The notes under the pieces were generated by a model that worked only from the letters and a program-made list of their open reading frames with translations, had not been told where the DNA came from and did no database searches. Made by a program: the position numbers and the translations under genes. Below, piece after piece: positions 55,217 through 64,000 of a stretch of DNA of 64,000 nucleotides. Positions within the stretch are counted from its first letter, which is position 1, and each line of letters starts with the position of its first letter. This stretch comes from Eledone cirrhosa (taxonomy: Eukaryota): assembly GCA_964016885.1 (NCBI GenBank), contig OZ024747.1:34844001-34908000 (forward strand), read 5' to 3'.

Positions 55217-55288
55217 TACCTTGTCTGACGAACGAATGAGGGCGTGTCTTGTATTCGTCTTGTTCGAGAAACCTCTGGTAATGTGGTA
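55217..55288 (+). ncRNA. Hammerhead in pLTR; second copy at 59073-59150
   Basis: TACCTTGT-CTGACGA-ACGAA...TTCGA-GAAA-CCTCTGG-TA-ATG(T/A)GGTA. Confidence 0.6.
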
Positions 55289-56386
55289 ATTATACTGTAT
55301 TGTTTATTATAAATAAAATATTTAGCTCTGTAACTTACATAGTGCACTCTTCATTCCTCTGACTTTTTCAATATTCAACGGAAACTTCAATACTTATACA
55401 GTTCCCATGGGAATGATTATAACATATTCTACATTTATATGAGATTGGCACCTTCCAGTCCTTTAGTGTCGAGCCCTCTTCAATTAAAAGGAATTTTAAC
55501 CAATACCTAACATGGATAGATATTATTTGGATTACTCCATCAAGAATATACCAAACCTGCTAACACTTCCTACACTAAAATATTGATCGAAAAAGGATAA
55601 AAAGTTGTAAAATGAATGAGATGGAAAGGTTCGATTTTTGATGGACACTTTATCACGGACTACAGAATACTTTGATATCAAGTCTCATAAATATCCACAA
55701 AGAGTAAAAGACATGACCGCTTGTGAACTAGACTTAGTTAATTTAATCAACCAAATAAAATTTCGTAAGTTCTCTAACCCTTTTCAATCTAAACTATCTA
55801 AGGATATTTCAAAATTCAAATCTTCTAAAAATAAGTTTATTTTCTCCGATAAAACTAAAAACTTATACGAAGTTTCATGACCAACTCTTAGCAGCTAGCA
55901 TCACCTCTAAATACCAAATAGCTAATATACACAACTATAATACTATTAATAAGGACGCCAAAGAATTAGCTATTTTTTTTTTAAATAGACAATAGAACAG
56001 AAAATCTTGCAAAACGTAATGCCTCTGTCACTCTTAAAGATCACAAATATGATTTTAATAATCGTCCCAGCTGTAGATTAATCAACCCTGCTAAGACTGA
56101 AATCGACCTTGCTAGTAAACAAATATTAAATAACATAAACAAACATATTAGAAGTCTGAATTACTGCAATGGATAAATAGCTCTTCTGTAGTACATTCGT
56201 TTAAAAATATTAAACATAAAAAATAGTTCTAGATTCACCCAATTTGACATTGTAGACTTCTACCCGTCTATTACTCACCCTCTTTTAATGAAAGCATTAA
56301 ATTGTGCTAAAAAGTGTATTAATATTTCTGATATTGAAGAGAATGTCATTTTGCATGCTAGAAATACTTTACTGTTTACTAATAAT

Positions 56387-56566
56387 TGTTTCTACTTTTG
56401 GCACAAGGCCAGCATTTACCCAGTACATTACTGGTACTTTATTTTATCGACCCCGTAAGGATGAAAGGCAAAGTTGACCTCGGCGGGATTTGAACTCATA
56501 CCATAAAGGGCCGTAACTCTTTGCTGCAAGGCATGGCGTCCGACCCTCTACCGATACTGCCAACCC
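56387..56566 (-). mobile_element. tRNA-SINE inserted in the PLE ORF
   Basis: Same family; TSD ACTAATAAT on both sides. Confidence 0.9.
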
Positions 56567-59251
56567 ACTAATAATGATACTTGGGTAAAAAATCTAACCC
56601 AGAGAACACCTTCGATTTCTCAATCGGTTCTTTTGACAGTGCTGACGTGTGGGATTTAGTACGCCTATTCCCCCTCTACATACTTAAATAGAAATGTCCT
56701 AATCATACCACTGGGCCTTATCGTGACGATGGTCTGATACTTCCCATAACACTATAGACCATAACTCAGACAGATTCAGGAAAGACTTAATAAAAAACCT
56801 TCGCTAGTTTTAATCTTAAGATTACCATGGACAAAAACCTTTCTAATGTTAATTTTCTAGATATAAACCTAGATCTGCCTACTGCTTCTTATAAACCGTA
56901 CCATAAACCAAATGAAAATTTAAAATATATAAATAAAGGCTCTTGCCATCCTCCTATAGTTTTTAAACATCACATCCCTAATATTAGCCGTAGGATCTCC
57001 ACACTCTCTTCCTTAGAAGTTATTTTCAATAAGGCATCCACCTACGATAATAAAGCCTTTCAAAATAGTGGATTTAGTGGAACCGATTAAGTACATACCC
57101 AACAATACTAACTCCTTTGAACATAATAATAGGAAAAGAAAAATAATCTGGTTCACACCCCCTAGACTTTAGCAGTTAAAACTAATGTAGGCAAACAATT
57201 CGTAGAGCTCTTAGATAAACATTTCCCTAGAACACATAGATACTATAAGATCTTCAATAGAAACTGTGTCAAAATAAGCTACTCCTGCCTTCCCTCTATT
57301 AAATCTTATATCCTTAATAAGAAAACACCCAGAGCACATCAAAATTGCTCCTCTAGAGTCAAAAGTGCATGCCTATTACAAGGTAAATGCAACACCAAAG
57401 GCAAACAACCTACCAGCCACCAGCGAACGATATATGGGTATGACACAAGATAAATTCAAAACGCGTTATTAATCACATGTCGCATCTTTCCGACATCCTG
57501 AAAAAAGATTTATAACAGCTCTAGCTAGCAGAATATGGGATTTGAAGGACCAAGGTATCCAATATAAATTAGATTGTTCAATTTTGAACCAATCTAAAGA
57601 ATATGCAAGAGGAACAAGATGCGCACTCTGCATAAGTGAGAACTATTGGATTTCACCAAAAACCTGCCTATATGGAAAAACAGGAAATTTCACCAGTTGC
57701 CCACACATGAAATCACACTTGCTTTCCAGCTCATATAAACTTAACTCACTTTCACACACATATCCTTCATAAACTCTTGTTCTTCACTTTCCTTAATTTA
57801 CCTTCTTTATAGACTTCTTATTCAGTTTCACTTATCTTTTATTTTTATTTTTATTTTTACTTCACATCCACTAGTGATAGCTATTTGATTCACTAACTTT
57901 ATATCTTAACAATTTTACATTAATTATATATATTTTACTTCCACCTTTTCTTTCACTACCAGATATCACATGTCATTTGTATTTTTAACTCCAGATATTT
58001 TCCGTTGTCCCTCAGCCGTTTTTATGTATGTATACTTGCGTATATTTTGTACCCATTCATTCATACGGCTGGTTTTTATATATGTATGTATGCGTATGTA
58101 TGCATGTATATATATATATACGTGTTTGTATATGTATACGAATGCATTCGTTTGTGTGCGTGTATGTGTAAATGGGTGTGTATGTGTGTGTTTATATATA
58201 TATATGGTTGCGTGCATGCGTGTGATTAGATGTGCATGTATGTATATATATGTGTATTGTGTGTATGTATGCGGGTATATATATGTATGTATGCGTGTGT
58301 GTATATGTATGCTTCTTTTGAGCATGTGTTTTCGTCTGTATGTATATATATGTATATATATATGTACGTGTGTATGAGCTTGTTCGCATATATGCATATT
58401 TTCTACTTTTTATTTATTTATTTTTTCTAGCGTTAGTTTATATATTAAAAGCCCTCCCACTTACTTTCCCTTTTCCTTAATATTTTTTAATTTTTATTAT
58501 TATTCTTATCTTATATATTATTTCATTCATTTATCATATTTTTATATTTGTACCGACCTTCCGTCTGACACTGCTTTGACTTCATACACTCCCTTCCATG
58601 TATATATCAATACATGTATGTGGTTGCGCGTGTGTGTATATTTATACGCGTGCGTCCTTTCCTCCTTGAATGTGTATATATTTCAACCCTTAGTCCCTGA
58701 GTCTGTATGTATGCTAACTCCATTATCTTACAATTCCTTTTTCAACATATATATACGTATTTGTGGTCACACATACACTAATATGTTTGCCCTCATGTAT
58801 GTACTTACGCACACATTGTTTCACTATACACATGCAGTTGTACATACAGACACACGTACATATGAAAATATATATGTGCATATACACACATTTACACACA
58901 TCACCTTACTATATTTTTATTTATTTTTTTTTTATACATTTTTTATACATTTTCTTGTATTATTACTTTTATTTCTATATTTTTTATTATTACTTTTATT
59001 TCTATAATTTTTTGGCCCATTAAACTTTTGCCTTTCTTGAGGAGATTTTTTCAAATATTTCACGATGTCTTAAATTGCCTTGTCTAACGAACGAATGAGG
59101 ACGTGTCTTGTATTTGTCTTTTTCGGGAAACTTCTGGTAATGAGGTAATTATACTCTATTGTTTATTATACATCAAATATTTAGCTCTGTAACTTACATA
59201 GCGCACTCTTCATTCCTCTGACTTTTTCAATTTTCAACGGAAACTTCAATA

Positions 59252-59320
<69 letters not shown>

Positions 59321-59359
59321 GTGTGTGTGTGTGTGTGTGTATGTGTGTGTGTGTATGCA

Positions 59360-59399
<40 letters not shown>

Positions 59400-59977
59400 T
59401 ATATATGTGTGTGTGTGTGAGTGTCTGTGTGTAAGTCCGTGCCGTGTGTAAACACATGTAAAAATCAAACAGATATATCAATGCAAATGACAGAGTACAT
59501 TGCAGATATATATTAGTTTAACGCTTCTTTTTAGTTTTAGTGTACATATATATATATATATAAATATATAAAGAAAATAAGATGAAATCGAAAATGTAAC
59601 TGGAGTCTTATTTTTAAAAATATATATATATTTATATGGTTCCTTTATCGGTTTCTATTAGTAGAAATGGGGGAGGGAGTTGTGTGTGTGTGTGTGTGTG
59701 GGGGGGTTATGTGTGTGTGGGAGTATGGTTAGCATGTTAAGATGAAGAGAATATATATTTTGTGTGTGTGCGTAGGAAAATGATTCCGTTAGTAGGAATA
59801 TTTTTGAATGAACATATTTTCCTTACTTATTCGTATTTGTTCTGTTGTATTGTCAGCGCAAATGTATATTAAGGTTTATTTAGTTCCGGTTTTCATTTTC
59901 TAAAGTAGAAGGTGTTATGTGTGTGTGTATGTGTCTGTTTGGATGGTTAGCATGTTATGGTGTTGACATAATGTTTA

Positions 59978-61870
59978 TTAAACCATATTTAATGCTGGTC
60001 TATATTTTTGAATAAATATATTTTCCTTATTTATTCGTATTTGTTCTGTTGTATTGTCAGCGCAAATGTAAAATGGGAAGACTTGGAATTTGGGTGTCTT
60101 ATTACTTGCGCAAATGTCTAGATATGCGCTTAGTGGTATCTGTCTCGTGGTTGGATCTCGTAATTGTTGGCGATGAACTGTCATTCTATTTCTGAGTGTG
60201 AGTTTAGTTTGTCCTATATAATTTTCATTGCATCCTTTACATTTAATGGCATAAAGTAGATTTTTTGATGAGCAAGTGAAGTGATTTTTTACAGCAAAAT
60301 TTTGTCCTGATTTAAATGTATACGTGTTGCCTTCAATGAGGTCACTGCAGGTTCCACAATTTGAGCGACCACATTTTTGACAGTTGGTTGTGGGTTTCTG
60401 GTAGGTAAATTGGCATTGGTGAGTGATGTTTTCAGTGATTTCGGTTGTCTTTTGCTTTTGATTATTTTGTGTGTTTCAAGGCCTTTTTTCATTCTTGAGT
60501 CTTCTTTCAGTAGTGGGATGTTCTTGTGAATAGTGTAGTAAGCTTCCTCATTTCTTGGGTTGTGTGTTGAGATATATGATAGAATATTGGACGTACCTTG
60601 AATTTGTTTCTCTTTTCGTAATTCATCAATGCCTATTACTTTAGCCCTTTCTATTCCATTATTTATTAGTAATGCTGGGTACTGTCTTTCGATTAGAATT
60701 TCCTTTAATTCTTGAAGTCTTTTATTTTTCGCGGTTCATGATTGGAGACAATTGTGCAAATTCTTCTTGCTAGGTTAAAAGGAATGTTCGTCTTCGTGTG
60801 CTTTGGATGGTTGGAGGTGAATAGCAGGTATTTTTTGGAATCGGTTGGTTTGTAGTGTATGTCAGTTTCAATATTTGTTTCTTTTTTTAAGATTAAGATG
60901 TCCAGAAATGGGAGTTGATCTTGGCTGTATTCCCTTGTAAATTGGATGTGGCTATTGATGACGTTTATTTAATTTTTGAAATCATTCAGTTGGTCGAGTG
61001 TGTGGGTCCAAAGAATGAGACAATATTTGTGGAAGTTCAATCCGTATTTTGATTTTGACTGTTCATAAATCTGGACTTCTAAGTATGCCATGATTAAGTG
61101 GCATTAGTCGGAGCGGCCTTTGTACCCATCGCAGTCTCCGATATATGCTTGTAAGTACTACCATCGAAATCAAAACAGTTGTTCTGTAAGAGTAATGTTA
61201 ATCCCTCGGTGATGAAGCTTTTTTCTATTCTGTCAGGTATCTCTTGGGATATTTCTCTAGCCAGAATCCTATTGCTTGTAGTCTGTATTGGTGTGGGATC
61301 GTTCTGTAGAGATTCACTACATCGAAGCACACAATAATAGTATCGTTGTTGACATGTTTGGGGAGGTGGTTTAAGAGATCCAGATTGTCTCTTACAAGGC
61401 TTGGTATGTGTTTGAGAATTGGTTTTAGTAGTATGTCTATAAAGTTGCCCAGTCTGTGTGTTTCACATTTTGGGCCCGCCACAATTGGTCTTAATGTAAG
61501 GTCTGTGGGGTATTGTGTGTTCACGCAGGCTGAGGTGGATTGTTTTCAGGCATCGTTAATTATTTTACACTTGTGGATCTTTGGAAGTCCGTAAAGGTTG
61601 CTGGTTTTGTATTCAAAATGTGTTAAATAATCGCGTTCCTTTTTAGTTAAGTCTTCCTGGTATCGAGAAATCAGTGTGTTTAATCTGGTCTTTGTTTTTG
61701 ACTGTTGGTAGTTTTTTACTCTTTCATAGTAATAAGTATTTTGTAAGTGAGAGAGTATATCATTTTTATATTTTTCAGCATCCATAATGACAACAATACT
61801 TCCCTTGTCCGCTTTCTTAATTATAATGTCCATATTGTTTTTTAGTTCATGGATAATCTCCCATTCCCTT
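59978..61870 (-). pseudogene. PLE RT + GIY-YIG pseudogene (third lineage, Neptune-like)
   Basis: IKKADKGS, LYGLPKIHK, RPIVAG, FDVVNLY, TAMGTKAAP, PFLDI, YAIKCKGC..YIGQT. Confidence 0.9.
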
Positions 61871-61899
61871 CGATATATATATATATATATATATATATA

Positions 61900-62494
61900 C
61901 TAGCATCAAAGCCCGGCGTTGATCGGGGTCAGTAAGTTACCATTTTAAGGCAGCTCTTTTCTGTTTGCCAGGCGCTGGGTGAATGAATTGCAGACATGGA
62001 CTGCAGAAGCAGGAGCTGCGCCAGCAGTATCATTTGTAGTTTCGCCTATGGATATTATCACTGTGCAAAGAAGTGTTGAAATTTATTGTTTGACAGTACT
62101 TTCGCAACACGCGCGTAGACGATGCCAGCCGAACAACAGAGCTGCGATGGAGTTGTTCTGCATGGTTTCTAATGTGTGTTTTCTAAATTTAAGACAGTAG
62201 GGAGGGGTGTGATATGGGGGAGAGTTAACTGCTGTTTCCAGCAGGTTTAGTGACCTCATAGAGGATATTATTGTGTATAGTAAATAAACTGATACTTCTT
62301 TCTTCAACGTTCGTTGAGAGATGTTTTAAAAAAGATTTATCGCTATTTTTTTTGTTGTTGAATAAATGTATCTCTTGCTTTTGAATAATTGTTGTTTGGT
62401 ATGAAATGTAATAAGTTATCTTCGTTGTCATTGAAGTAAATAAATGCTTGACCATTCCACACAAAGATACGTCCCCCTCTCTCTCTGTCTCGCT

Positions 62495-62572
<78 letters not shown>

Positions 62573-62908
62573 TCATTTCTTACTCTCTTCTTACTTCCGA
62601 GTTCCTAAAGGAAGTTTGTAAGGAGTGGGTTTAAGCGTATATAAGAGAAAGAGGCAGCATGTATGTACTTTTATCGAATTTTAAGGGGAGTAGAGAGAGA
62701 ATATCAGATTGTATTAGACGGATAAAGCGTCATGTAGTCAGTTTTATCGTTTAATTCCGTGATTTTGGGTGAGTTGGAAAAAAATAAATAGTCTTCGACC
62801 ATTTACAACAGTCATACAGACTTTGAATCGAATGGGTTTGAAATTGTGCAAATGTATAAACATGGAACATGCACACACACACACACAACAAGAATCTGCC
62901 TTTTATAG

Positions 62909-62909
<1 letters not shown>
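61900..62909 (-). mobile_element. Non-autonomous Helitron-like element
   Basis: Minus strand begins A|TCTATAAAAGG and ends CCCGATCAACGCCGGG hairpin...CTAG|T; internal (AG)n and (TG)n. Confidence 0.7.
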
Positions 62910-62965
<56 letters not shown>

Positions 62966-62970
<5 letters not shown>

Positions 62971-63540
62971 ATACTTTGGGAGGGTCATGTTGCCAATAAG
63001 AAACACACGCGCACCAGTTGCTTTCACTTCAATTTATTATAATAAATTTATAATAAATTTATAAATTTATAAATTTCTGGTTGGTTGGTTGGTTCCACAA
63101 CCAGATAGTTGTTTATATATAGTCATAGTTCTTTCGTCACACACTCTGTGACCTCTTCGGTGACTGGGGATTCCTTTCTTTGTTTCTGTGCCTCTCCTTT
63201 GTTCTGATCTGTCCTACGCCATTTTGTTTCTGAGAAACAAAATGGCGTAGGGCAGAACAAAGGAGAGGCACAGAAACAAAGAAAGGAATCCCCAGTCACT
63301 GAAGAAGTCACAGAGTGTGTGACGAAAGAACTATGACTATATATAAACAACTATCTGGTTGTGGAACCAACCAACCAACCAGAGATTTATAAATTTATTA
63401 TAAATGTATTATAATAAATTGAAGTGAAAGCTACTGGTGCGTGTGTTTCTTATTGGCAACATGACCCTCCCAAAGTATAACAATATCGGTTTCAACACAC
63501 GATTTCAGATAAAGAATCTTGCTAAACAAATTCAGAAACG

Positions 63541-63545
<5 letters not shown>
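62966..63545. mobile_element. Inverted pLTR pair of PLE family A; HHRs at 63121-63165 (-) and 63294-63338 (+)
   Basis: Arms meet at ~63232; homologous to 11948-12220 and 14020-14352. Confidence 0.9.
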
Positions 63546-63581
<36 letters not shown>

Positions 63582-63582
<1 letters not shown>

Positions 63583-63765
63583 GAGGAGTAAGGAACCAGA
63601 TGGACCATAACGCACCAGAGTACTCCATACTTAGGGTTGTAGAGTGGGTAATAGGAGAAAGTATGACCCCAACGGCAGAGCTCCAGCAGTTTCGACGGCT
63701 ATTTCTGGTCCAGAAATAGCCGTCGAAACCGCTTGAGCTCTGCGGTCGAGGTCATAATTTCTCCT
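63582..63765. mobile_element. Short fold-back of the family B pLTR end
   Basis: GTTTCGACGGCTATTTCTGG-T-CCAGAAATAGCCGTCGAAAC hairpin between (TA)n tracts. Confidence 0.8.
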
Positions 63766-63778
63766 ATATATATGTATG

Positions 63779-63859
<81 letters not shown>

Positions 63860-63882
63860 TATATATATGTATGTATGTATGT

Positions 63883-63951
<69 letters not shown>

Positions 63952-64000
63952 GTGTGTGTGCGTATGTATATATATATATGTATATATGTATATATGCATA

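Larger units (their letters stand above)
55164..59256 (+). mobile_element. Full-length degenerate PLE flanked by ~235-bp direct pLTRs (55164-55398 and 59022-59256)
   Basis: ORF remnants 55511-57770: DYSIKNIP, FSDKTKNLY, CRLINPAK, QFDIVDFYPSI, GPYRDDGL, NFLDINLDL, CALCISE; HHR in each pLTR. Confidence 0.9.

Overview
AT-rich, microsatellite-laden eukaryotic DNA with no recognisable host gene; the tRNA-derived SINE and (TA)n/(CA)n load suggest a cephalopod/octopus-like genome (inference). It is almost entirely transposable-element derived: three Tx1/L1-like LINEs, one CR1-like LINE, two R4/Dong-like RLE LINEs, a Chapaev3-like transposon relic, a non-autonomous Helitron, RTE-derived and tRNA-derived short elements, and several C-terminal GIY-YIG Penelope-like elements (PLEs). 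The main unannotated signal is about 25 type-I hammerhead ribozyme (HHR) motifs from more than a dozen unrelated sequence families, found by eye and mostly next to (TA)n tracts. Some lie in PLE pseudo-LTRs (pLTRs). Others lie in ORF-less ~548-bp and ~661-bp units inserted as inverted plus circularly permuted tandem copies, as expected of retrozyme-like RNAs mobilised by PLE RT. Coordinates were read manually and may be off by a few nt; all family assignments are motif-based, with no database search.
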